DNA of 64,000 nucleotides from Sphagnum compactum (lineage: Eukaryota), in the NCBI GenBank assembly GCA_965153455.1, contig OZ234493.1:13320213-13384212 (forward strand). The letters are read 5' to 3'. Below the pieces are notes generated by a model. That model was not told the origin of the DNA and ran no database searches. It was given only the letters and a program-made list of their open reading frames with translations. Numbering within the stretch: the stretch's first letter is position 1; each line of letters opens with the position of its first letter. Position numbers and translations under genes: made by a program. Below, in pieces: positions 25,801 through 38,714 of the stretch.

Positions 25801-27189
25801 CAGGCCTAATAAGAAGTGCTCTGACAAGGGTCAGCCAATTGCACAGCAAAGCAATTGGTATTGAGCGTTTAGAGATGTATCATACAGCAAGATCCAACAA
25901 CTGACATTGTCAAATTCTTGAACAAATCCTTGAATAATGGATACAGTCTCACTTCACAAATCAGGTGAGCCTAATAAGAAGTGCTCTGAGAGAGGTCAGT
26001 TAATTCCATAGCAAGACTATTGGAATTCAGTGCTTTGGAGATGTATCACATAGCAAGATCCAATGACTGCTGTCATCAAATTCTTTGAACAAATCATTGA
26101 AGACTGAATGCAGTCTCTATTTGCAAATCAGGCCTAATAAGAAGTGCTCTGACAAGGGTCAGCTAACTTCACTGCAAGGCAATTGGAATTTGGTGCTCAG
26201 AGACGTATCACATAGCAAGATCCAATGCCAGCCATCTTCAAATTCTTGAACAAATCATTGAAAAGTGAATGGAGTCTCTAATCGCAAATGGGGCCTAATA
26301 AGAAGTGCTCTGACAAGGGCCAGTTAATTCCACAGCAAGGTAATTGGACTTTGAGTGTTTTGAGATGTATCATACATCAAGATCCGCTGGTTGCCATAGT
26401 CAAATTCTTTTCTTATTGCCTGAAGAGCCGGCTTGTAAAGGAGGAGGAGGAAATAAGCATGTTCTGCCAAACTTCATGTGTCTATCATGGATCTCTCTCT
26501 GTGTGCACATGGATATAGGTAGAAACCCTAAAAGCTTCACATCTTGCCAAACGACCTAAAAAGAAAGAGAGAGAGGAGAAAAAGCAACCTGGACGGAGCA
26601 CTATTGACGATTCGTTGACAACAGCATCGACTCCAACAATCTCCCTAGCCTTGCTACCAATTCCGCTCGTCTCCTCCAAAGCATTGGCCACTCCTACAGC
26701 CGCCCCCCCGGAAGAGGTTGCCATATTCTCGACTTTGATATCTTCACTAAAATGAGATACAAAACTTTGTCCGGTATTAGGAGTCCAACTATAAGGAGTG
26801 AAGATCCCGGCACACAAGCCGACTACGAAACACATCCCGAGCAAAATCGGGAACCTTCTCCACGCACTTCGCGCCCCGCGCGACGACTTCCCTACCACTA
26901 CTCTTTCTCCCATCCCTTGACTACTATTACTGCTGCTGCTACGCCCAAACCCGAGCAACGCCAGTAAAAACGGCGTAAAATCTTGCGAAACTACAGCGGC
27001 AGAAACCGGAGATGAACCGAAATCGCAGCTCTTTTGCTGTTGTTGTTGTTGTTGCAGTTGCGGCTGTTGTTGCTGCTGCACAGGAGTCACACGGATTGCG
27101 CAAGATGAAACAACAACAGACGGTAAAACTACGAATCCCTCTTGCTCTTGATATGTTGCGGAAGATAAAGTTCTTCTAAGCGAAGCCAT
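22888..27189 (-). CDS. IRX9H: Glycosyltransferase family 43, IRX9/IRX9-like beta-1,4-xylosyltransferase (471 aa)
   Basis: Exons 27189-26589, 24190-23809, 23593-23344, 23070-22888, all GT-AG and in phase. N-terminus [11 protein letters not shown] segment [18 protein letters not shown]; motifs [62 protein letters not shown]. Confidence 0.93.
24661..25271 (-). repeat. Two diverged intronic copies (24661-24884, 25050-25271) of the ~200-bp dispersed repeat
   Basis: Both copies share TCATAACCTT, CTCACAAAGT, ACCATCAC, TTCATCA, TACAAAAATCT and TCACATTT(T)CCAGAA.CAACAGGA in the same order. Confidence 0.75.
25422..26410. repeat. Intronic tandem array, ~6 x 162-166 bp
   Basis: Anchor CAAAT(T/C)CTT recurs at 25581, 25746, 25911, 26077, 26239 and 26401. 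AGAAGTGCTCTGA recurs in five of the units. Confidence 0.9.
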
Positions 27190-27202
27190 GAGTACTTTTG
27201 CA

Positions 27203-27310
27203 TCAACACAAAACAACAGCAATCAAGCCACATCGTCTCCTGTTGTTCTTCGCCAGGATTCTCTTCCTCTTCTTCCTCCCCGCCATAGCTGTGGCCATTT
27301 CTGTCCGCAT
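27203..27310 (-). other. Candidate upstream ORF (35 aa) in the GT43 leader
   Basis: MRTEMATAMAGRKKRKRILAKNNRRRCGLIAVVLC* ends 13 nt before the main ATG. Confidence 0.4.
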
Positions 27311-28622
27311 TTGCAACCACCGCGGCTCCTCTCGCCCCGATGCACGTCTCCCAAACCCCGACCCGCAACAACCTACCATCCGCAGCAACCCACTAGGTAC
27401 CTACCTACCGCACCCGCACTTCTTCCCAACACACACAACTACCTACCCACGACAACCCACTAGGTACCTATCGCGCCCTGCACTTCTTCGACACACAAAA
27501 CAAAGTACCCGCTACCCACTTGGTACCTACCTCCCCTGCACTTCTTCGGCACATACAACAACATACCCGCAACTATCTACCTACCTACCCCCCGCCCCCC
27601 CCAATGCACACACAATAAAAGTTTTCCCTTTTGGGAGAAGAGGAGGGACCCCCACAAGGCCTCTAATTATTATACCGTCGTGCCTACCTACCCACCTACC
27701 TACCCTAGCAAGTTCAACAATTTCAGTGTCGAATAATAATTATTTTGTTTTTAAGATTTCATGTTGAAAATTGGAATATACCAAAGTTTTCTAAGAGATT
27801 CTTTATTTTCTTTCACACAAATTTTTTTTTCCAAGTGAAGAAAATTAAATTTTAAAAAAAATTTGTTTTGAAAATTCCATGTCGAAAACTTGAATATATC
27901 CCAAACTAATTCTAAGAGATTTTTTAATTTTCCTTCATATAATTTTTTTTCTTTGAGATTATTTAATTTTCCTTCACATGATTTTTTTTCTTTGAGATTT
28001 TTATAGAAATTTTCACATTTTTTGGGAATAATATAATTAATGTTGATGGTTGGGGAGGGGGTATGGATTTTTTTTTGGGGTTTTCTCACAATGTTCTCAA
28101 TGATGTTCCACAAGTTACAAATGTGTTCGTTCCCCCGTGATGTTCCCTAAGTTCCCAATGTGTTTCCATCCATACCGCACTTTTATCCCATAGGATTTGT
28201 TCAAAGTTCTCCCCTTCTATATTGGTGCGCCAAAGGTAGAGGCACTCCATCTTCACAGAAAAACTTTTATTTTGGGGGAGTTTCAGTTTTTCTTTTATAT
28301 ATGGACCAATCAAAATGGCTCATTCCATGCCCCCAAATAAAAAAACTTGAGAATTACTCATCTAATTACCTAATGAAGATAAAAAAATAGGTACCCTAAC
28401 TTATGACAAATAAGTTCCAGCCTTGTGGCCAAAATAAAGCAAGATTCTTAAATTTTTCTTCTGTCCTCTCTAACCTATAGCCAAATTTGGCTAAATTTGG
28501 CTAGTGTATTTTCACGGCACCTTACAAGGCGAAATTCTCTTATCATTTTCTTATAAGAAAACAAGGAAATTTTACAAAACAAGGATAATCAATCTTCCCC
28601 CCTCGACCCTTCTAAAACATGC

Positions 28623-28841
28623 TTCACACTAGGGCTTGATTCATAAGTCCGAATTCATTCTTACAATTTGATTGGTCTAGAGCTCCAAGTTGAAACCAAG
28701 TCGTTCACACTAGGCTTGATTCATAAGTCCGAATTCATTCTTACAATATGATTGGTCTAGAGCTCTCGTTCACACTAGGGCTTGATTTATAAGTCCGAAT
28801 TCATTCTTACAATTTGATTGGTCTAGAGCTCCAAATTGAAA
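28623..28841. repeat. Three near-identical ~62-bp direct repeats in the GT43/CSN6 divergent intergenic region
   Basis: TTCACACTAG(G)GCTTGATT(C/T)ATAAGTCCGAATTCATTCTTACAAT(T/A)TGATTGGTCTAGAGCTC at ~28623, ~28704 and ~28769. Confidence 0.9.
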
Positions 28842-29935
28842 AAGGTGAAGATCAAAAAAGTTCAAAAATTTATTGATATGCAGATGATGATTCAAAGTGA
28901 GTATGAAAAAACCATCAATCATCATTTCAACACTTTGCTGGTAATACTACAAAGTTGTTGAATGATGACATGCCCACAATGATATGATATGTTTTACTAC
29001 TATAAAAGACACCAAGAATAACTAGGGTTGACATGGCCCATCATCAATCACCTCCTTATCACCAAACACTCATTTATATCTTCATCATATGTGCTTCATT
29101 CATTTTGATTGATTTTAAAATGTTATGGGAGTGCAACCCTCAAACTCTAGAAACCATCTTTGAAGTGCAAAGGAAAATGAGTAATGAAAAAATAACCCCC
29201 AAAAAAAACAAAAAAACTTTCCACCTTACAAAATGCGTTTTTTTTTAATCTCTTCTTTTTGACCCCTCTTACTTTCAAACCTCATAACTTTCTTATTTCA
29301 AACCCCTAACCCTAACCCTATTTTTTTTTTCTAAAATGGTGTGAATTTCATCCGATGGTACTGAGCTGTTGGATCGGGAGCCGACGGGCAATCTACACGG
29401 TAGCAGTGCATCTTTCGATGCTCTTAGTACGAATTCTGTAGATCGCGGATTCTACCATTGGGTCACGTAGATTTCAGGAAATCTATGATTTCTTTGTTAA
29501 TTTATGGGTGCTCTCTGAAAGCCCTAAAAAGCTTTTTGTGTCCTCCCAGTGTGCACGGAGGGAGAGGAAGTGAGGGAGTGAGAGATGTTCTTTGATTCTG
29601 GTTGCTGTGTTCCTGAAAGATTTGATGGACGATTGCATCCTTTGGCTAATAAGGGAAGAATAAATTGACTCTCCCCTGGTTGTTGGGCACTGTAAATGAC
29701 AGATTTCAAGCCTCAGGCTTGTAGGATCGAGGAAGTTGTTGGCGGAAAGACAGTGTGACCTATTGTCGTTTCCCACAATTGCGGATTCGGGAATCGTGTA
29801 AGGGTTCTCTTGAACCCCGGAGACGGACTAGAGGGGTGGACGTCAGTGGTTCAATGTGTTGAAGATCAAAAGGAACTGTAAGGTTGAAAAAAAAAGAGGA
29901 GACGAAGAGGAGGAGAGGGTGAAGAGAGGAGAGAT

Positions 29936-32900
29936 ATGTCGTCAAGCAGCGGGTTGACATTTAAGCTGCATCCTTTGGTGATAGTGAACATATCGGATCA
30001 TTATACGCGCATCAAGGCACAGAGTGGATCTGCCTCGCCGCCGCCTCGAGTATATGGCTGCGTTCTCGGCGTGCAGACTGGGCGCACTGTGGAGATTTTC
30101 AACAGCTTTGAACTGCACTACGACGCCACTCAAAATGTCCTGGACCGCGCATTCTTGGAATCAAAGCAAGAGCAATGTAAGAGCCATGCGGTTGTCCTTG
30201 CGAAGAAGACCCTGAAGTTAGGGCAAGCAGTGATCATTTGTTGCCAATTTTTCTATAGGGTTAGGGCTAGGGTTTGCAAAGATTTGTGAGCCAAATTGGA
30301 GGTAATTTATTGCCATTTTTCATGATCTCAGAACGTTTACTGTTCTCTCCATCTGCAGGACCAGATTGTGTGCTCGGTGTCCATGTGCCTTTCTGGATAC
30401 CATAGATGTCTTAGCTCAAGCCCTGTGGTCAGTTTAGGGTAGGGTTAGTGAGGGCTCACGAGGTTTGTGCTCAGGCTGTTTGCCCAAGAGCTTCCATCTT
30501 CAGTGATGTGAGCTCTGTAATATAGAAAAGCCTTGTGGTGTTATTTGCTGTTTACTCAGAAACTTGACTGAAGAATCAATTAAACATGTTGTTAGCTGTC
30601 CTGTGGTTTTGGTTTCACAGATAAGAAGGTCTTCCCCAAGTATGATGTACTAGGCTGGTACTCAACTGGCAGTGACATTCAGGACTCAGATATGCTCATT
30701 CATAAAGCTGTAAGTTTCTTTCTGCTTTCATCCTGACACGTTCTTTTCCATCTTTTGTGCAACTGTTCAAAAGATTCATCTAATGAGGCATTAATCAAGG
30801 GGTGTGCTGCAATTGTTGCAGCTGACAGACATCAATGAGAGCCCAGTGTACTTGTTGCTCAATCCAGCCATCAACCATGCACAAAAGGATCTGCCCATTG
30901 CTATTTTTGAAAGTGGTGGGTACTTTTACTCTTGAGAACAGTTGTGTTTCATCCATCACGAAAGGGAATTTGAAGATTTCATAATTGTTTGGTTGTGTGT
31001 TGCACACAGTTCTAGTCCCTTTTGCCAAGAAATAACTGCCATCATCTAATTTGTCTAAGTAAAATAGACAAATATCTGTATGTTCCATATTTCAATAGGA
31101 TCTGAAAATTGCTTCTCCAGTAATCTGTGAGTTATGTGTGACCAGTGTATGTATGATGGGGTTTTTATCTGTCCAGAAACATTGTTGCTTCAGTTTGATG
31201 TTGGACCCTGACTAGCATTCCCCCAACAACTGATTGCATGCAGAGCTGCATGTTATTGAGGGGGTGCCATCCCTTATATTTGTAAATGCAAGCTACACCA
31301 TTGAGGTAATCTAAACCTGTAGTTTTTTGCTCCCTTGTGGACACTTTCAAGTATTGAATGCTAAAAATCAGCTCTGGATCCTTGATGCATGATTTTTTAT
31401 TGAACTGGTATTTTGGCACACTCAAGCACCAGAATGATTCTGGACTAAAGACACCTTATACCTGGAAATGTCTGAATTTAAAAGTAGATTGGGTGGTTTA
31501 AGACTCTTATTGGAATTTATATGTGTTGAGGTATATTTTATATTAGCAGCGAATGGTCCCAAAATGGATTTCTGTGTAACCCAACCCTGCACTATGATGG
31601 CGAGCCTCTGCAGGATATCATGTTCTTGAACTTATCAGGTGGAATTTGTGGATGGGTGTAGACAGTGGAGGCAGAGCGGATATCAGTGGACCATGTGGCA
31701 CATATCAAGCCTTCCGATGGGAGCTCAGCTGCTACACAGTGTAATTACTTATCATTTCTTAGCCAGTGTACTCTCCAAGTTGCAAACTGAGAGAACACTT
31801 TTAGACTGCTCTGCTAAGAGAATCAAGTTGCTGGTTGTGTAGTTCTCAGAGTTACAGAGTTTTTGAGGTTTCAAATTAGAGACCTTCTGACTGAATTGTC
31901 ATGCCTGCTACTGATGGGAGAGCTTTGTGGGGACCCTGGAGGAAATGCAGTGGCAGCCCATTTGACAGGTATGCACAGTGCCATAAAGATGTTAAACAGC
32001 CGCATCAGAGTTCTACACCACCATCTCGTGTCTATTCAGAAAGGTATGTGACTCACCCTGTGTCACCATATGCATTCATCCACTCAAGTGTTGTATGACA
32101 TTATGCCATGAGCATGTGGCTGTTTGGAGATACACTTCTTAGTTCCTTTCATCAGTAGACAATTGAGCTCTCGTACTGATTATGAAGATTGTTCGTACAG
32201 GAGAAGCTCCATATGACCATTCACTTCTACGGCAAGTTTCCAGCCTAGTTCGCAGACTACCTGCAATTGATTCTTCAAGATTTCAGGATGATTTTCTCAT
32301 GGTATGTACTCATTTGAGGTGGGTTGAGCATTGGTTGCTCTGAGTAAATTCCCTGAGGAGAAAAAGACTAATCCTTCTGGACCCATTGTTGTGATTGCTG
32401 AAGTCCTAAAAGTCTCTATTTTGCAATTATATTCTGCATTTAACTACTCAACAGGCTTGTTTGACTGATAGGAGCATTTTTCTCTTGGTTGACAGGAGTA
32501 CAATGATACTTTACTTATGACTTACTTGGCCACCATTACAAAGTGCTCCAGGTATGATCAAGTAGTGAATTGCGGCTCTGTAACAGCCCACCATGGTAGT
32601 CATCTTGTTATGTAACTCCATGTATATGGTTTTTGGTGCCACTAGTATTTTTTGTATGCAACACAAAATCTTAAGCTTGGGCCCAACAATTGACAACCAA
32701 ATTGCTTCATCATGTTGGATATTCTGAAGCTGAGGGGTGAAAACAGTCCATGTTCATATCTTTAGAATGCTGTTTATTCATCTGGACAATTTAAGAATGA
32801 GACTTTTGATTGAAGGCAAGGATCCCACCTTACAAGATGTGGTGGAAGTAAGGAGAAATTTCCATAGAATTTAACATAAGGTGTTCTAACATAGATGTGG

Positions 32901-32999
32901 CTGCCTGTTTCATGCAGTAATATGAATGAGCTGGTAGATAAATTTAATACAGCATATGACAAGCAAAATCGGCGGGGAGGACGCTCCACCTTCATCTAG
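29936..32999 (+). CDS. CSN6: COP9 signalosome subunit 6 (non-catalytic MPN domain), 298 aa
   Basis: Nine in-phase GT-AG exons: 29936-30176, 30621-30709, 30822-30915, 31244-31305, 31662-31740, 31951-32043, 32201-32301, 32496-32551, 32918-32999. Motifs FKLHPLVIVNISDHYTR, VEIFNSFEL, LGWYSTG, ESPVYLLLNP, TVEAERISVDHVA, HSAIKMLNSRIRVL, EYNDTLLMTYLA. Confidence 0.96.
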
Positions 33000-35900
33000 G
33001 TGAATGGTCTCTCTTTTAACATTCAGGTAATTGCGGTCTTTGTTATAGGCATAAACAAATGAATTTGATTGATTGCAGAAAGGAAGTGGTCCTGGGCTGA
33101 TCATAGTTCGCTCTTAGGTTGATAGCAATGCAAATCACCTATACTGAAAACTTGACCTGTAATCTATTTTGGGAGAGGTGATGATGATCTATAAGTTTGT
33201 GTAGATTTTAACTTAATGAAAATTTGTGTGAAATTTTAACTCTTTCTTATTTTGCCCATGTCTTATTTATGGGCCATCTTTCAATTCTGTTCGGTTTATG
33301 TATATTTTAAGTATGGAGAACTTAGGAAGATATTACTTCCCTTGTCTTGTAGGTTCTTGATGGCCAGACTTTTCTGCCAAAGGTGAGCAAATGACATGAA
33401 AGCTGTGAGGCAACAATGCTTCATTTCCAGGCTTGTTCTCTTTACTAAATAGTTCATGAAGAGCATATTAATAGGGTCACCACTGGCATTTTGGTTCTTT
33501 GAAACTTCCTCCCAACCATGTCATGGGTATTGTCCTCCTGGTGGTCAGTCAAAACAGTGATGATTGTGTTATCGGCGTGCAAGTGAATAGTTTGTGAGGA
33601 TGGGTTTAACCACAGTTTAGCTGTGGAGTGAGCAGAGATCTAGTTGTAGCTTTACAGGAAGCATATATTGTCCAACCACGTTTAGCTGTGTACATTGATA
33701 ATATACAGGACAATGCCAAAGAGTGTTTTTTGTTACCTGGCTGTTTAGCAACTGGTTGTTTTTTACACTTCCAAGAGAAGCAGGCTGTCTTACATTAGAA
33801 GCTTGTGAACTCATTGTTTGTGAGTCATTTTGAAGGGTCTCAACAAATTTTGAATCTTCTCTTTTTTCAGTGAAGTTAGCTTTGAGGCAAGTTATGCATA
33901 CTGCAGACAGTCAAATGGCAGATGTGCTCTGCATCTTAATCATGTGGATTAGGATGTCAGTTTTGTAAGCACTGACCTGTCTGGACTCCTTCCTTGAAAT
34001 ATAGACTTGAACAATTTCTCCTTGAGTGAGTGAGCTACACATTTAACATTAGAAAATGACTTAATTTTGTTTTCCTACAAAAAAAAATAAAAATGACTAG
34101 CACCTTGTGTATTCTTCAGCTCAAAGATTGTGTACATTTATGCAAGACTAGGTCTTTATGTCTTTGATGCATAGTCCTTTCATTGTGATACAGCCCACAA
34201 GTGATAAGACTACATTTGTAACATGACCATAGTTTCACATGTCAACCTCACAATCTGTGTATCACTTTACTTGATACGGTTCATGGCTAAAAGTACTTTA
34301 TGCAGGTCCCTATAATTTTTCGGGACATTATATTTTCTCAACAGAAACATCTATTGCTTGTTTCTGTGGCACAGAAATTGGGGTCCCTGTTGTCTCTTCA
34401 ATAGTCCAAAACAAGCAATGATATGCAAACAACCAGTCCTTACCCATAAACCTGGTAAGCAACTACTTCCCTTCTGTTTCTGTGCTTGTATGTATTGATG
34501 GACCCTAAACCCTTATCACACAGGAATTTCAAGCATTGAAACTAGAGACAGTTTCAAGCTTGAAATCAGAGATGTTTTCCAAATCACCTGTGATTTCTGG
34601 TTGTATCTGTCCTGAATGGGGGCGGGTTGAGAGCAAAGAATGTGATGATTGTCATGGATATGAGAAAAAGACCATAGCAAGTAAAATGGTGAAGTCCTCA
34701 TAAATTTTAGGTAGTAACTCTTTACGGTCCAGTGGATAGTAAAGAAATTTCCAACCGCAGGAGGTGATTACAACAGTTATATTAACAATTAACTAGGGAC
34801 TCCATTTATAATTCAATGGTAATATGGTAATTGTAGCAATGAATAAATCAAGCAACATATGATAATTCCAACAGGAGAAGGTAAATTAGGAGTGGAAATG
34901 AAATTCAGTCAATGAATGTAGAATTATAGCACTAACTGAGTGTTGCACAATGTCAGCTTAATGTGTTTTATGTAAAAATGTAAATCACCATGAATCTTTG
35001 GACTTCTGAAAACATCTCCAAAACGTAATTTTTATTCCTAATAGTTTGTTGAATAAATCCTATTGGATACCTATTGAAATATGCTTGAGATTGCAATTCA
35101 CATAGTTTTAATATGTTTTTGACGACTTTGATTGTTGACTTAAAGTTGCTTTTTATTTTCAATTGAAAACCATGATGACCGATCCGAAATTTGAAAATTG
35201 AACGAAATTATTATATATTTCCATTGCTAAAAGGTTATGGGTTAAAATCCCATTGCTTACACATATATAACTATTGATGATCAAAAATCAACTTTAGCCA
35301 TGAATTGTGATGGTTCATATTTTCACTTGAGGATCTTTGAATACTTTTTGTATATTAGTAGAAATCAATCCACATAATCATAAATATATTGATAACATCA
35401 AAATTATTGACTTAATTTTGTTCTTATCCAAAATCACCATCAATTATGGCAATCTTGAAAATTCAACTTATTTTAAATATATTTTAATTCTTACGAGGTC
35501 ACGGTTTTTTTAAATGGCATTTGATACATTGTTTAAAAACAATAACTCACATTACATTAGTCTTAAAGTCACACCCATGGATATCTTTAGTATTATTTTT
35601 GTGGATGCATTGGTTTTTGTTTCATAATGAAATAAGTGCAATCAACATAATCCATTTGTTTATAATTTAAAATGTCAACTTACAATTGTTTTTATCTAAA
35701 AATGAAAATCATGATGAGTCTTGAAAATTGAATTAATTTCATAAATATTGATTTAAATGTCAAATCATCAAACCTTGGTTTTTGGTACAAGACATGTTAA
35801 TCCATCATTTCATGGGTGGTTGTTTCAAATATTATTTTTATTCATTATCACTTTATATTGGTTTTGTATTGACATTCAAATAGTTGTAATATCTTTACAA

Positions 35901-38714
35901 AATTTTATATCATTGAGTTATGATTTTTGAGAACTTAGAAGTAATAATCAAACTAAGAAACACAATATGTTTTAACTTATGTTTAATTGAAAATGTGAGT
36001 CACAAGTCAAATTGAATTATTGTATTTGGATAGAGTACTTTTGAATTTGTGAAAAATCATGCAATATATAATACACATATGACATTCCTTTTGTTCTTTC
36101 ATTTTTATATAATTTGATATGTATCCAATATTTAATCACCAACATCATTATAGAATTCAAAAAGTGCTTACATGAAATATGGGTTTTCATCACATTGTTT
36201 TCATACTATTTGCAATTTAAGGTGATTCGAATTATTTTCACCAATTACAAATAACCAATAATGATTTTTAGCACTACAATGTTACCATTTTTTTTTGGTT
36301 CAAACTAAATATAGTTATATTGTGTTGATGTTTAAATAACAAATAATGCATGATGGTTTTGTTCAAAAACATTGTAAATAAATAAATAAATGGGTTGTTG
36401 TTTAGAAACAAATATTATACAACATTAGTTCCTTTATTAATAAGAAATCTATGTATCTTCATTTTTATAATATCATTACAAGATTTACATTAAAACTTTG
36501 TTTAATAAGGTAATCATTTCTAAATATACATTTCAATCTTCAATGCTTGAAGTTCAATGTCTTTTATTTTCTATGTTAAAACTTTTAAAATTTTCTTTGA
36601 AGTTTCAAAGTATGATTCAAGATTAAAATATGAATTTGAAATAAATTTTATTAATTGTTTGACTCATGTTATCATTGAAGAAGTATATTGTAAAATTTTT
36701 TACTACAATTAAAATGCTGGATTTTTTTCAAAAATTGCAAAAGTAAAGCTTTTAATTCATGGTTGTTTGAATTTCAATAATTTGATATTAATCTCATATT
36801 GATCAACCAAGATTTTTAAAATTTTAACTATTATTAACAAATCAAACATTTGAGATCATTTTTTATTCAAAATTATTGTTGCAATCAAGTTATCATAATA
36901 TTCATGATTATGTCAAAAGAAATTAAAGTTTATAAAAATATTTATTATTCAAATTCAAATCAAACGGGGTTTTTAGAAGTAACTAAAATGATGATGGCAA
37001 TGAATATATTTGCGTGTTTTGTAATAAAAAATTGTCACAAAATGTGAATCATATTGAAAAATAGAACAAAAGAAAATTATATCAACGATTTGTAAAACTT
37101 CAAAAGAATATTAAATTGTTTAAGCGATTTCATATTGGTATTTTTTTGTTTTAATTGGTACAATACATAATTAACTTTGTATTGATTTCTTATTTTGTTT
37201 TATAATGTGAAATGTAAAATAATTGTGCATGGTGTGTTGATTTTAGAATGGAGTGATGATGATTCTTATATGGTTTATAATCTATGTGACAAAATATTTT
37301 CCATCATGCTATGAAATGACTATGGACCATACATGTAAGCTTTTGTTTCCTTGCTTCATAATACATATGTACAAGAAATTTCTAATTTTTTATTAATTTT
37401 TAAAATAATCAAAAAAGCTTTGTAAACTTATATTTAACCTTTGTTTTGTTATTCTGATGCCAAGATAGGCTACTAATTGCCACTAAATGTCAATGATATT
37501 AAGGTTTTCAAAAGAAACAAATCAAAATATTTTTATACAAAAAGTTGTAATGTATAATCTTATGCATTACACTTTAATAGTTTAAGACAATCAATCATTT
37601 CGCTAAACAAAAAAAAAAGGATTTTGTTGCATGATATAAATCTTCATAGTTGTTTTCAAGATTTATGTGATGACACAAAATGATCGGAGCAAAATGCAAA
37701 TGAATATAAATGTGCACCTACGATGAAAAGTTCATGAATTTATATGTTTGATTGAAAGAAAAAAAAAAGTCATATGAACATGGCGTTAATGCTTATGAAA
37801 TGTATGAAAATAAATCATTGATTTTAATTATCATTATTATTCAATGTAAAGTTTTTATTATTAAATGCATAATAAAGTTTCATATTTCAACATATGGTTT
37901 GTTTTGTTAAAATTTGCAAAAAAAAGAGAATTTAAATGTAAATCACTACATTTTATTTTATTTTTTAATGAATTTTCACATGCGGGGGAAAAAAAATCAT
38001 TGTCAAGCTTTTAATTTCACATTTTTTGAAAGAATGTTTGTTTTTATAAATATCATAATTTAGTTGGTGCAATTAATGCCAAATACATCTTTTTATATTG
38101 TTTATTATATTTGATGAAAATTTTATATCATTACATGTTTATTCATATAGATTAGGATGGTTGTTATAAAAATAATGATAGAATTGAATTGTATAAATTA
38201 CTTATTTATAATGAGTACATCATAAATTTGAAGTATGAACATCAAATTTGTGATTTACAAAAATGTCATTCTGATTTTATTTTTGATGAAATGCAACATC
38301 TACTTACTAATACATGGTTTTCATTATTTAATTTTTAAAAATATTTTTTGTTGTTTATTTTATTTTAAACTTAAGTCAACTAATTTTTTAAATCAAATAT
38401 TTATTTTTTACATTTTTCAAAAAATTAAAACAATTTACACATAAAAAAATTCAAAAGTTTGAAAATTTTCAACAAGGTCCAACAAGTATAAATTTGATTA
38501 TATGAAAAACATGTTTATTATTAGTTTACATTATTTTACATTTAAGGATATTCTTTCATATGAATCAGCACATTATGTCATTTTTGTTTTAAAAAATTCT
38601 TACAACTTTTTTTTGCGAAACTTTGAAAATATTACAAATTTATTTATAATCGATGCTTAAAATTACATGTAAAATTCAAAAATAAACTTGGGGTCATGTT
38701 GATATTATTTATAA

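Noticed and set aside
27188-27767. 189-aa and 91-aa plus-strand ORFs
   Set aside because: They come from low-complexity ACCTACC repeats antisense to the GT43 leader and show no domain features.
28623-28841. Repeat-spacer-like pattern resembling a CRISPR array
   Set aside because: Repeats are 62 bp, the gaps are 3-19 bp and related to each other, there are no cas genes, and the context is eukaryotic.
1-32999. Apparent ubiquitin-pathway cluster (RING protein, RING relic, DDB1 relic, CSN6)
   Set aside because: Two members are dead fragments and such genes are abundant. Nothing in the sequence supports functional clustering.
34950-38700. Very AT-rich block with a faint EYICVFCNKKL motif (~37000), possibly a decayed Helitron or other TE gene
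   Set aside because: Too degenerate. No Rep/helicase or transposase motifs could be confirmed by eye.
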